Positions 19,561 to 29,075 of a DNA stretch of 64,000 nucleotides are shown one piece after another. Below the pieces are notes generated by a model. The model had not been told where the DNA came from. It saw nothing but the letters and a program-made list of their open reading frames with translations, and did not search any database. The position numbers were made by a program, and so were the translations under genes. The stretch is taken from NCBI GenBank assembly GCA_039586795.1, contig JBDHJS010000007.1, positions 32,001 through 96,000 of the forward strand, written 5' to 3'. Within the stretch, counting starts at the first letter, position 1. Each line of letters begins with the position of its first letter. Source of the DNA: Gemmatimonadota bacterium. Lineage in GTDB: Bacteria > Gemmatimonadota > Gemmatimonadetes > Palauibacterales > KS3-K002.

Positions 19561-20004
19561 CTACGTCGTCGCGCTAACTCCGTGGATGTAGTCCTTCAGC
19601 ATCCGGTTCTCGAATTCAGTCTTGCTGAGGTGGGAGTTCACAACGTCGCCGATCGATATGATCCCGACCAACCCTGACTCGTCAAGGATCGGGAGGTGTC
19701 GTATTCGATTCTTGGTCATGATCCCCATGACATAATTAAGATCGTCATCAGGAACTCCGATGATCACGTCCCGCGTCATCACTTCGCCTACCTCCGTCTC
19801 CTTCAATCGGTCACAGCGCTGTGAGCTCTCACGCAGGATATCTCGTTCCGAGATGATGCCGACCACGGTCCCGTTCGATGCCGTCACGACCAGGCTTCCG
19901 ATGTTGTGCTTCACCAGAGCCTCTATGGCCTCGAAAACGGTGTCTGTGGGGCTGACAGTGACGACTTCAGCGCCTTTGCCGCGCAGAATGTCTCTCACTC
20001 GCAT
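19561..20004 (-). CDS. CBS-domain pair protein
   Basis: GIISERD, VMTRDV, RIRHLPI, GIISIGDVV. Confidence 0.92.
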   Translation of the reverse strand: MRVRDILRGKGAEVVTVSPTDTVFEAIEALVKHNIGSLVVTASNGTVVGIISERDILRESSQRCDRLKETEVGEVMTRDVIIGVPDDDLNYVMGIMTKNRIRHLPILDESGLVGIISIGDVVNSHLSKTEFENRMLKDYIHGVSATT

Positions 20005-20202
20005 GGTTGGGGCTCCTTTCGCTAGGCGCCGCCAGCTAACCTACCAGCTGGCCACGGGCAATGACCGGCGGTTGTCATGGCAGGCGCACGAGGATTCTAC
20101 GAACGATAATTATCGCATCTATCAGGGTCGCGGCGCCAGAACCGCGTATTGTGATCGAAATTACGCTTCTGGCGCCACACCTGGTGTGTGATTTCCGGCC
20201 GC

Positions 20203-20943
20203 CTACAGCTTCTTCACCCAGATATTGCGGAAGTAGATTGGGCTGCGGCTGTCATGGTTCTGCAGGCCGATATATCCGCGTGGGGCGAAGTCGGCGATCT
20301 TGCCCCGAGGTTCGGCCTGCCAGTCGACAACGGTCTCTCCGTTGAGCTCCACCGTGATGCGGTCGCCGATGAAGCTGATGCGGTAGTGATTCCACTCGCC
20401 GGCTGGCCGGAATGCCGCGTGGGTGGGTGCCTCGGCGTCATAGACCGCGGCAGTCTGGTGGATGCCCTCGCCCACATCGTTGATCTGAACTTCGAAGCTG
20501 TGGTAGATGTAGTCGTCGCTGGTCGGTACCCCGGGCACGCGGATGAATATCCCGGAGTTGGTCACTTCGTCCGAACACCTGTACTCGAGGTCGAGGATGA
20601 AGTCGCCATATTCTTCCGCGGCGTACCACATGAGCCCCATCCCACCGTGCCCCTTTAGCACGCCCGTCTCGCGGTCGAGCTCGAAATGGCCCGGCCCGTA
20701 GTGGTTCCATCCGTGTTTGTTGAAGCGGCCGTTATGCTCCCTGAGGATCCGTTCGAAGCCGGGGCCCGGGCTCTCGTCCTGTCTGTCAGTCATGATCTCA
20801 TAGGATGCGTACAACCCGACGGGAAGCAACACGATCAAAGCAAGAGTGACCCACCTCATGCAAAACCAGCCTTTCCAGTCGTAAACCATCAACGCCACCA
20901 TTAGGTCCGTGATTCTTCTCACCTCGAGTTCCGGGGGTTCCAC
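20203..20943 (-). CDS. DUF1080 (3-keto-disaccharide hydrolase family) protein, exported or anchored
   Basis: YGDFILDLEY, NSGIFIR, EVQIND, GEWNHYRI, GYIGLQNH, IYFRNIWVK; true start may be MRWVTL at 20859. Confidence 0.9.
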   Translation of the reverse strand: MEPPELEVRRITDLMVALMVYDWKGWFCMRWVTLALIVLLPVGLYASYEIMTDRQDESPGPGFERILREHNGRFNKHGWNHYGPGHFELDRETGVLKGHGGMGLMWYAAEEYGDFILDLEYRCSDEVTNSGIFIRVPGVPTSDDYIYHSFEVQINDVGEGIHQTAAVYDAEAPTHAAFRPAGEWNHYRISFIGDRITVELNGETVVDWQAEPRGKIADFAPRGYIGLQNHDSRSPIYFRNIWVKKL

Positions 20944-22172
20944 TCGCCCTTCGCGACCGCGGGAACGAAGCTTTCGAGGTCCGGCGGTGGGAATGGGATC
21001 GTCTTGCCCTGCTCCGCGCTCATGTAAGCGGTCATGAGAAGCTCGGTCACATTGAGACCGTCGTCGAAGTTCTCGACCGGTCGCTTCCCGGCGAGGAACG
21101 ACCGAACCATGTGACGGTTTTCGCCGATGTAGCCGTACTCGCTCTCCTCATCGGCGACCACCGGCATCAATCCCACCTCGGCGTTTTGCTTCTCCACAAG
21201 GTCCTCACCAGAGTCACCTCGCACCTCTCGGCTGAAGAAGACGCGCGGTCCCGCATCCAGCGAGTTCACCGACAACGAATACTCCGGTCCCAGTAGCTCC
21301 ATGCTGAGGCGCAGGCCCGCACCGACGAAGCACCACGACGTGGTCGCCTCGACGATCCGCTCGTTCCCGTCCGCATCCCGATATTCGACCATGGCCCGGG
21401 CGAAGTCCTCGGCGGGCCGATTGAGGTAGTCGGTTGCGCCGTCACTGTTCTCCGACAGGATCTTCGCGTAATGCGGTTGCTGCCACTTCAGGCAGGAGGT
21501 GTGCGCCGTCACCTTGACCGGCGTCAAGACAGTTCGCTCGGCGCCCGGCGGCGTCAGCAAATGACGAGCGACCTCGACAGAGTGACACATCATGTCGTTG
21601 AGCACGCCGCCGCCCTGGAGCTCTCCCTCCCAGAACCAGGGCATATGAGGGCCGCTGTGCTCCTCCGCCGCGCGAGCCAGGTAGGGCGGTCCGGTCAACG
21701 CAGCGCCCCGAGCCCAGAGGATGTCCTTCCCGCGCACGACGGCGGGCGAAAAGAGCTGGTTTTCCAGATAGCCATCCAGGAGCCCCGCCCGCTGGACCAT
21801 CTCGAGCATCTGTCGCGCCTCGGCGGCGTTGCGGCCTAGCGGCTTCTCGCAAGCGACACCTACCAGTTCGCCTTTCCCGCTCTCGATGGCATGGACGATC
21901 TCTTCCATGATCTCGACGCGGGTGAAGTTGGGAGCACAAATCCAGAGCGCATCGATGGCGGGGTCCGCAACCATGTCGGTGACCGTATCGTAGGGCTTCG
22001 CATCACCGACACCCAGGCTATTCGCCAAGGCCACGGCTTCTTCGACTGTGCCATCGCTCCGGCCGGTGACACCCATGACATCCGCGTCGCGCACAGCTAC
22101 AAAAGATCGGACATGAAACTTTCCGACGAACCCACCGCCAACGAACCCAACGCCAAGTCTCTTATTAGCCAT
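20919..22172 (-). CDS. Gfo/Idh/MocA family NAD(P)-dependent oxidoreductase, no signal peptide
   Basis: GFVGGGFVG, ACEKPL, GGGVLNDMMCH. Confidence 0.9.
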   Translation of the reverse strand: MANKRLGVGFVGGGFVGKFHVRSFVAVRDADVMGVTGRSDGTVEEAVALANSLGVGDAKPYDTVTDMVADPAIDALWICAPNFTRVEIMEEIVHAIESGKGELVGVACEKPLGRNAAEARQMLEMVQRAGLLDGYLENQLFSPAVVRGKDILWARGAALTGPPYLARAAEEHSGPHMPWFWEGELQGGGVLNDMMCHSVEVARHLLTPPGAERTVLTPVKVTAHTSCLKWQQPHYAKILSENSDGATDYLNRPAEDFARAMVEYRDADGNERIVEATTSWCFVGAGLRLSMELLGPEYSLSVNSLDAGPRVFFSREVRGDSGEDLVEKQNAEVGLMPVVADEESEYGYIGENRHMVRSFLAGKRPVENFDDGLNVTELLMTAYMSAEQGKTIPFPPPDLESFVPAVAKGEWNPRNSR

Positions 22173-22194
22173 TCACACTCTCTCTTGTCTTCGA

Positions 22195-23412
22195 TCAAAC
22201 CGCAGCGGTTGCCGGCGCCTTTTCTTCTCTGAAGAACAGCAGGAATGCCACGGCACAGATGATCGTCAAAACGCAAGGTACCAGGAACACGTTGGTCCAG
22301 TTTGTTCCGGCATCCGTCGTGAATACATCTTTGATCCAGCCGGCGAACAGGCTGCCGAGGAATCGACCGAATCCGAGGGCGACGATCGCGATCAAGCTTT
22401 GCGCCGATGCCCGAATGTCCGGCGGTGCCACGCTGTCCACGTAGATGAACGCCGCGACGAAGAAGAACACGTAACAGAAGCCGTGCAGCGCCATGGACGC
22501 GATCACCAGCCAGGCCGGAGCACCGATGGCAAAGATCACGTAGCGGATCGGCCAGGCGATGACGCCGAACGCCAGCGTCTTCCGCATCCCGTACTTCTTG
22601 AGGAAATGGGAGAGCAGGAACGCCATGACGAAGATCTCCGCCACCTGCGCGATCGTCATGACCAGCGGCGTGTTGTTGGGCGAGACACCGATCTTGTCCG
22701 ACTCGAGGAACGGTGCCGTCAGGATGTAGTAGAACTCCAGCTCGGTAGCCACGACGAAGGTGATGCCGATGAAGATCGCGAAGTCCTTCGACTTGAGCAT
22801 CTTCAACGACTCAAGGAACGCCCAGGGGTTCACGCCTTCTTTTTGCGGCGGCGTATGCGGAAGCGTGAACGACTGAAGCCCCATGATGATCGAGAACAGA
22901 CCGGCGAGGAACAGCATGTCGCCCTGGATGCCAGGCAGCACGTCGCCTTCCACCAGCCAGCGGCCGCCGGTCAACAGCCAACCCGCGGCGATCCAACCCA
23001 ACGTGCCGCCCACTCGAATCCCGCCGAACTCTTCCTCGGAATCGGTGAGATTCATCATGGCGATGGAGTTCGTCAGGGCGAGAGTCGGCGCGTAGACGAG
23101 GCAATAGACGAGCATCAGAATCGCCATCAGGCTGAAGTCGGTCACCCTCGACAGCGCGATCAGCAGGATGCCGCCTGAAAACGCGAGGAACCCGATGACT
23201 TTCTCGGACGCGAAATAGCGGTCGGCGACCTGTCCTCCGACGAACGGAGCGATGATCGTCGCCAGTGGAAGCAAGGCGTAAATCGCTCCGATCTGGAAGC
23301 CGCTGAAGCCGAGTCCGCTATCGCCCAGATACGCCGAGAGCACGGGGGCCCATGAGCCCCAGATGGCGTACTGGAGGAACATCATGATCCAGAGGCGGGT
23401 CTTTGCGCTCAA
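22195..23412 (-). CDS. MFS transporter, NupG-like nucleoside/sugar:H+ symporter family
   Basis: MMFLQYAIWGSW, GQVADRYF, IRVGGTLGW, QVAEIF, LHGFCY, RASAQ. Confidence 0.9.
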   Translation of the reverse strand: MSAKTRLWIMMFLQYAIWGSWAPVLSAYLGDSGLGFSGFQIGAIYALLPLATIIAPFVGGQVADRYFASEKVIGFLAFSGGILLIALSRVTDFSLMAILMLVYCLVYAPTLALTNSIAMMNLTDSEEEFGGIRVGGTLGWIAAGWLLTGGRWLVEGDVLPGIQGDMLFLAGLFSIIMGLQSFTLPHTPPQKEGVNPWAFLESLKMLKSKDFAIFIGITFVVATELEFYYILTAPFLESDKIGVSPNNTPLVMTIAQVAEIFVMAFLLSHFLKKYGMRKTLAFGVIAWPIRYVIFAIGAPAWLVIASMALHGFCYVFFFVAAFIYVDSVAPPDIRASAQSLIAIVALGFGRFLGSLFAGWIKDVFTTDAGTNWTNVFLVPCVLTIICAVAFLLFFREEKAPATAAV

Positions 23413-23446
23413 GATTAGCTCCTATCGTTCATGGCGATCGATCATG

Positions 23447-25054
23447 TTACACGATCCTCCGATTCACGGGATCCCACGTGACTCGGCGACCTTCCATGAA
23501 CGAGCGTGTCGCCATGTGACAGGTGATCGCCTCCTCGAAGCCGCGTTCGATATCGCAGCTGACCTGGCCACCGTTGCGAATCACGTCTAACCACTCGGCG
23601 ATATGGAGGTGGTAGGCGCTGACGCGTCGGCCTCCCCGGTACGTGAAGAGCAGCCCACGGCTGGCGAAGTACTCCTCGGTCGCCGATGTCACCGCATCGA
23701 TCCCCCTGAAACCGGGGCGGTAGGTGAACATGGGCAGCGAGGGATCGATGATATCGTCATCGATCTTCTTCTCGTAACGCGTCGAGCTACGGTCGGCAGT
23801 GATCGTCAAGCCGCTGCCCACCTGCATGGTCGCATCGTGACCCATATACAGCTGGCCGCGGTACTTACCGTTAGCGAGAGTCGCGCTGTAGATCATCGTC
23901 AGGTCGCGATCGGGATACTCGAAGGCGGCCTGGAACACATCCGGCACATCGCGGCCATCCTTGAAGTAGTAGATGCCGCCAGTCGCGACGGCGCTGTGTG
24001 GGATACCGACTTCGAGAATCTGGTTCACCGCGTCGAACTCGTGGGACAGCAGGTCACCGGAGAGGCCGGTACCGTAGTCGTACCAGCAACGCCACCGGAA
24101 GAATCTCTCGAGGCTGAACGGTACCTTATTGGGCGCCGGACCCTGAAACAGATCCCAGTCGATGGTGTTCTCATTGCCCTCTTCGTGAATGTCGTACTGC
24201 CAGGCGCCCGTTGGACTGTTCCGGTTCGTTGTAGTCTCGACAAGCGTGATCGGGCCGAGGATGTCATGGTCCATTATCTCCCGGGCCTTTATGTGGGCCT
24301 CGGACTGGCGGTTCTGATGTCCCAACTGGAAGACGATGTCCGAGTTGGTCACGGCATCGTACATCGCGTGCGCCTCTTCCTCCGTGCGAGTCATGCACTT
24401 CTCGCAGTATACGTGCTTACCAGCCGCCGCCGCGTCGACTGTCATCTGGGAGTGCCAGTGGTCCGGCGTTGCGATGATCACGGCATCGACGTCGGGACTA
24501 TCGAGGAGATCCTGATAGTTGACGAAGCGTGTCGCGCCCGCGCCCGCCGGTGCGCCACCGGGCCGCACATCGTTTTTTGAGGCGGCGATGCCGCGCTCGG
24601 CTCTGACGTCGAACACGTCGCACACAGCCGTGAGTTCGACATTCAGATCATCCTGTGCGAGCCAGTTCTCCAGCCGTTTGTTCTTTGGATCCTCCTCAGC
24701 GGCCTTCCTCAGGTCCTCTACCCAATCGGGAGGAGCGAAACCAGCGTTCCTCAGCAGCGATTGGCCTTCTCCACCGTTGCCGATGATGCCCAGCCGGATT
24801 CGATCGCCTGGCGGACGCGAGATGGCCTCGGGAATGACGGCCGGCGCGCCCTCCGTGACACCCAGCTCGGACAGGATCTCGCTGCGCCTGAAATCGTCCT
24901 CGGCCTTCTTCTTCAGAAAACCGTAGAAGAACACGCCGAGGACGGGAATCGAGGCCAGCGCCTTGAGCACATCCCTGCGGTTTATGCCGCCAGTCGCACC
25001 GGATTCGGGCGTTCCGGAGTGGTTCATGCCTGTGTCTTTCTTCTCGGGTTCCAT
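23447..25054 (-). CDS. Tat-anchored Gfo/Idh/MocA oxidoreductase with candidate flavinylation motif
   Basis: NRRDVLK plus hydrophobic helix; IATPDHWH, HVYCEKC, FRWRCWYDYGTG; IDAVTSAT. Confidence 0.9.
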   Translation of the reverse strand: MEPEKKDTGMNHSGTPESGATGGINRRDVLKALASIPVLGVFFYGFLKKKAEDDFRRSEILSELGVTEGAPAVIPEAISRPPGDRIRLGIIGNGGEGQSLLRNAGFAPPDWVEDLRKAAEEDPKNKRLENWLAQDDLNVELTAVCDVFDVRAERGIAASKNDVRPGGAPAGAGATRFVNYQDLLDSPDVDAVIIATPDHWHSQMTVDAAAAGKHVYCEKCMTRTEEEAHAMYDAVTNSDIVFQLGHQNRQSEAHIKAREIMDHDILGPITLVETTTNRNSPTGAWQYDIHEEGNENTIDWDLFQGPAPNKVPFSLERFFRWRCWYDYGTGLSGDLLSHEFDAVNQILEVGIPHSAVATGGIYYFKDGRDVPDVFQAAFEYPDRDLTMIYSATLANGKYRGQLYMGHDATMQVGSGLTITADRSSTRYEKKIDDDIIDPSLPMFTYRPGFRGIDAVTSATEEYFASRGLLFTYRGGRRVSAYHLHIAEWLDVIRNGGQVSCDIERGFEEAITCHMATRSFMEGRRVTWDPVNRRIV

Positions 25055-25101
25055 CTTCTCAACTCCCGCGCTGTCGTTGCTTCATGCGAAGGCCACGCTC
25101 A

Positions 25102-25620
25102 CTACGCGGCCGCAGGCATGCTGGCGGCCTGCTCACCCGTTCGTTTCTTCCAGAAGATCAGCCGGTCCAGTCCGACGATCTGGCCGGTGGGGAACGCCAG
25201 CGTGACGAACAGGGCGGCAAGCTCAATGAGTGTCTTGTTGACGATGATGTAGTTGCCTTCCCTGGGCATGGAGTAGGTGTAGCCCGGGAACGGCGGGTTA
25301 GCTACGTAGTAGAGGCAAAGCAAGACGATCCCCGCGATGACCGCGGCACGGGTCAAGCAACCCAGCAGCAGCCCCAGTCCGATCGCGATCAATCCCCAGG
25401 TGTTCAGGAAATCGACGAAGCCAAGCATCCCCGGGCTGGCAGAAATCGATTGGAAGATACCTGAGAATAGCCATCTCGAGTCCGCCAAGAACTCGGCAGA
25501 TGTCCAGTAGGGGTTGATCGCCTTGGCAATTCCCTCGTAGAGGAAATGCCATCCGATCAGCATGCGCAGCGCTACAAGCGCCGTCGTTTGAAAGTTCGAG
25601 TAGTCCGTCGCCCGCTGCAT
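25102..25620 (-). CDS. DoxX/DoxD family membrane protein
   Basis: LRMLIGWHFLYEGIAK, GLGLLLGCLTR, VNKTLIE, GLDR. Confidence 0.88.
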   Translation of the reverse strand: MQRATDYSNFQTTALVALRMLIGWHFLYEGIAKAINPYWTSAEFLADSRWLFSGIFQSISASPGMLGFVDFLNTWGLIAIGLGLLLGCLTRAAVIAGIVLLCLYYVANPPFPGYTYSMPREGNYIIVNKTLIELAALFVTLAFPTGQIVGLDRLIFWKKRTGEQAASMPAAA

Positions 25621-25676
25621 CGCACACCTACCTTCCGTACTCTGTCTACGGTTACTGTCTGACGCCTATCGTCTTC

Positions 25677-26690
25677 TTATCCTCCCCATCCCCGCGACTT
25701 CCACTTTCCACCACGCGCGTCGACAACAAGGCACTCGCACTGAGGTATCGCGCTGACGAATCTGACACCCGCCTGCGGGTTCATGATGAAAATGCTCGTG
25801 GCTAGCGCGTCAGCTGCCATCGCCGTCGGCGCTATCACCGAGACGCTCTTGCTTAAGTCCGGAGACGCACCGGTTCTCGAGTTAACTATGTGGTGGTACA
25901 ACCGCTCGTGGTCGAAATAGATTTCATAGCTTCCGGAGGTCGCCACCGCACCGTCACCCATTTGAATGATGTCCGGGTAGTCACCTTCCTTCTCCGGGTC
26001 CTGCACCGCTACGGCCCACGGCTGCCCCCCTTCTTTGGCGCCCGCCGTACGCACATCACCGCCGGCGTTGATCAGGTAAGACTTTAGGCCGGACCGCGAG
26101 AGGCTTTCCGATACTCTGTCGACGATGAACCCCTTTGCGATACCGTCGAGCGTGATGCCCATGCCTTGTCTGCGGAAGCGTATCGCGTTGGGTGAGAGCT
26201 CTATGTGGCGTGAGCCAACCAGCTCCAGGATATCCGCAACTTCTCGTTCTTCCGGTCTTGCCGTATTCGTGCTGAAGAGGTCGACGAGCGGCTTCACCGT
26301 TACGTCGAACGCGCCACGGCTCAGCCGGTGGTAGTGCAAAGCGCGACCCACAACGCGGGTTACCTCGGGCGGTGAATCGAGCAGCCGACCCTGACGATTC
26401 AGGTCCGAGACGGCCGACGCACCATCGAACCGATTGAACAGCGCGATTCGGCGGTCCATCTCTCGAAAAGCCTTCCCGATCGCATCCTCCGCCAGATCAC
26501 GCGATCGATGAAGCGCGGTGATCGAGATGAACGTTCCCATCGCTGGGCGTGCGCATGTCACCTTAACGGTACGTCGATCGACCCGCGTCGCCGCCGTCCT
26601 GACCGGGGACACTTCGACGCGCTCGAGGCCCAGGTCGGCAAGCACCGAGAGCTTCCGGGCGATCCGAGCCGCGTCGTTCATGTCCTGCAT
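25677..26690 (-). CDS. apbE: FAD:protein FMN transferase
   Basis: AMGT, GAFDVTVKPL, LDGIAKGFIVD, INAGGD, ATSGSYE, HHIVNSRTG, ADALAT. Confidence 0.93.
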   Translation of the reverse strand: MQDMNDAARIARKLSVLADLGLERVEVSPVRTAATRVDRRTVKVTCARPAMGTFISITALHRSRDLAEDAIGKAFREMDRRIALFNRFDGASAVSDLNRQGRLLDSPPEVTRVVGRALHYHRLSRGAFDVTVKPLVDLFSTNTARPEEREVADILELVGSRHIELSPNAIRFRRQGMGITLDGIAKGFIVDRVSESLSRSGLKSYLINAGGDVRTAGAKEGGQPWAVAVQDPEKEGDYPDIIQMGDGAVATSGSYEIYFDHERLYHHIVNSRTGASPDLSKSVSVIAPTAMAADALATSIFIMNPQAGVRFVSAIPQCECLVVDARGGKWKSRGWGG

Positions 26691-27647
26691 CTAGCGGCGT
26701 TCCTCCGCGAGCTGATCGCGGGTCCGCTCCAGGAGCGTCTTCGTCGCGCGGATCCCATCCGGCTCGCTCAGGCGGCTACCCTCGTACTCGATCCCCACGT
26801 ACCCGTGATAGCCGGCATCCAGAACGATTCCCAACATGCGTTTGTAGTCGGTATGAATCTCGTTGCCTTGCTCGTCGAAATCGTGTGATTTTGCGCTTAC
26901 CGCCTTCGCGTAGGGCATCATCTCCTGGACACCCAGGTAGCGATCGTACCAGACATCCTCCGCGATTCGGAAGTTGCCGAAGTCCGGAAGCGTCCCACAG
27001 CGCGGACTGCCGACCGCCTCGATGACACTCGCTAGCCAGGCTCCATTCGACGACAATCCACCGTGGTTTTCGATGATGACGTTGATGTCGAAGGCCGAAG
27101 CCTCTTCCGTCAGCCGCCGTAACCCATCAACCGCTAGCTCCCGCTGCTCCTCCGGTGTCCCCTCCGAGCGCGCATTGACTCGAATCGAATGACAGCCGAG
27201 AAACTTGGCCGCGTGAATCCACCGGTGATGGTTCAGAACCGCTCGCAGGCGCTCGACCTGGTCCGGCGCTCCCAGCGCGCCCTCACCGTCAACCATGATG
27301 AGAAGGCTCTTCACGCCATTGTCGTCCGCCCGAAGTTTCAACTCGGACAGATAAGCCTCGTCCTCCGCCTTGTCCTTGAAGAAAGAGTTCACGTACTCGA
27401 CGGCGTCGAGTCCGTAGTCAACACGGGCGACGCGGGGAAATTCGAGCGCGTCGAGTTCGCCGGCGTTGAGCGTACGGTGCAGCGACCACTGGGCGAGGGA
27501 GACTTTGAACAACGGCTGGTTAGCCGGCGGTATATGACCGCAGCCCGTCAGAAACGAGGGGCCCGCCAGGTAGGTTGCCGGGGTAGCCATTGCGATGCCC
27601 GCCAAGAACCGGCGACGGCTCATAGAACCTCGCGACGGTAGAACCAT
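26691..27647 (-). CDS. Sugar phosphate isomerase/epimerase-type TIM barrel, Tat lipoprotein
   Basis: SRRRFL, lipobox [38 protein letters not shown]. Confidence 0.9.
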   Translation of the reverse strand: MVLPSRGSMSRRRFLAGIAMATPATYLAGPSFLTGCGHIPPANQPLFKVSLAQWSLHRTLNAGELDALEFPRVARVDYGLDAVEYVNSFFKDKAEDEAYLSELKLRADDNGVKSLLIMVDGEGALGAPDQVERLRAVLNHHRWIHAAKFLGCHSIRVNARSEGTPEEQRELAVDGLRRLTEEASAFDINVIIENHGGLSSNGAWLASVIEAVGSPRCGTLPDFGNFRIAEDVWYDRYLGVQEMMPYAKAVSAKSHDFDEQGNEIHTDYKRMLGIVLDAGYHGYVGIEYEGSRLSEPDGIRATKTLLERTRDQLAEERR

Positions 27648-27830
27648 AAGCCTCTACCACCTTGTAGCTGTGGGGAGTCAGGCAAGTGAACGCCCGGATT
27701 GGGGCATGAACTGGACCCTGGACTCCAGTTCCGTTACCGGTCGCCGAGTTGTGATTGAACTGATTATGGGTACGGTTCTGTGCGGCCGCAAGCTGCCGGC
27801 GGTCTAGCCACCGGCAGCTCGAGGATCGGC

Positions 27831-28418
27831 TTAGCGTGTGGCCTGGTAGTAAGGATTGGAGCCCATCGAGTGGTCGGTGATATCGATCACTTCCGAGACC
27901 TCAGGGAACGCCTCGCGGATCAGCCTTTCGACCCCCTGCTTCAGCGTAACCGTGGCCATCCCACACCCCTGGCAGCCGCCGGATAGCTGGACGTAAACCA
28001 CGTTGTCCCTCACATCCACTAGAACGATCCGCCCACCATGCGCCGCAACTGCCGGGTTGATCTGAGCCTCCATAAACTGAGCGACCCTCTGGGCCAGCTC
28101 ACCGCTGGGCGGCTCCGAGCCGATCGGCTTGATGTTCGGGTTCTCGACCTGAAAGCCGCCACCACCCATCGACTCGACCCAATCTACCGAGGCGCCCTCC
28201 AGCTTTTCGACGCTCGCCTGGTCCACATAGACCTTGAACCCGTCCGCGTCGAAGATCGTGTCATCGGGCTGTTGGTCGGACTCGTCCACCAGCATGAGCT
28301 CGTACTGAGGCGCCAGCGGGCTGCCCGAGTGGACGGCGATGCGCAGCGCCACACCGCCCTCTTCTTCTTGAATGAACGACAGCACCCGCTCCCGGGCCTT
28401 GTCGGTGAACGTCAGCAT
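27831..28418 (-). CDS. nfuA: Fe-S biogenesis protein NfuA (degenerate A-type domain plus NifU-C)
   Basis: INPAVAAHGG, GGCQGCGMATVTLKQGVE, DITDH, NPYY. Confidence 0.88.
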   Translation of the reverse strand: MLTFTDKARERVLSFIQEEEGGVALRIAVHSGSPLAPQYELMLVDESDQQPDDTIFDADGFKVYVDQASVEKLEGASVDWVESMGGGGFQVENPNIKPIGSEPPSGELAQRVAQFMEAQINPAVAAHGGRIVLVDVRDNVVYVQLSGGCQGCGMATVTLKQGVERLIREAFPEVSEVIDITDHSMGSNPYYQATR

Positions 28419-28553
28419 CCGATACCTCACGAAGCTCTGGGTCCTCTGGGTGGCCACACTTCTGGCCTTTCGCTCTGAAACTACTGTAATATAGCAGCGT
28501 GGCCGAGGAGCGCAGCCGGTAGGAAATCCAGCCGGTCGACCCGGAGGTGGCGG

Positions 28554-29075
28554 ATGTCAGCAAAGACGAAGATCAGCGTGGTCAAGGGAGACATCACGGA
28601 ATTCGCAGGTGACGCGATCGTGAACGCGGCAAACAACCACTTGATCCTGGGCGCGGGCGTGGCCGGGGCGATTGATCGCAAAGGCGGGCCGACCATCCAG
28701 CAGGAGTGCCATAGACACGGCGCGATCCAGGTCGGCGAGGCGGCGATAACCGGCGCGGGCGAGCTGGTCGCCCGTTATGTCATTCATGCGGCCGCGATGG
28801 GCGACGAGCCGGCCAGCCGCACGACGATCGAGGCCGCCACACGGAATTCGCTACAACTCGCCGACGATCACGGAATCAAGACCATCGCCTTCCCGATACT
28901 GGCTTCGGGTGTCGCCGGATTTCGTCTCGATGAGGCGACGCGCATCATGCTGGCCTCGATTCGCGCCTATGTAAACGCAGGGACGACCCAGATCGAGGAG
29001 ATCACGCTGTACGGCTACTCCGATGCCGACGCGGGCACCGTTCGCGCTGTGGTCGAGGAGGATTCAGCCTCCTAG
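28554..29075 (+). CDS. Macro domain protein (MacroD/YmdB-like)
   Basis: GDIT, AIVNAAN, GAGVAGAI, VIHAA, IAFP..SGVAGF. Confidence 0.92.
   Translation: MSAKTKISVVKGDITEFAGDAIVNAANNHLILGAGVAGAIDRKGGPTIQQECHRHGAIQVGEAAITGAGELVARYVIHAAAMGDEPASRTTIEAATRNSLQLADDHGIKTIAFPILASGVAGFRLDEATRIMLASIRAYVNAGTTQIEEITLYGYSDADAGTVRAVVEEDSAS

Noticed and set aside
23603..24580. Long antisense ORFs (also 13435-14295, 22399-23178, 36311-37225, 6214-7005)
   Set aside because: Shadows of well-supported genes, expected at high GC; no recognisable motifs.
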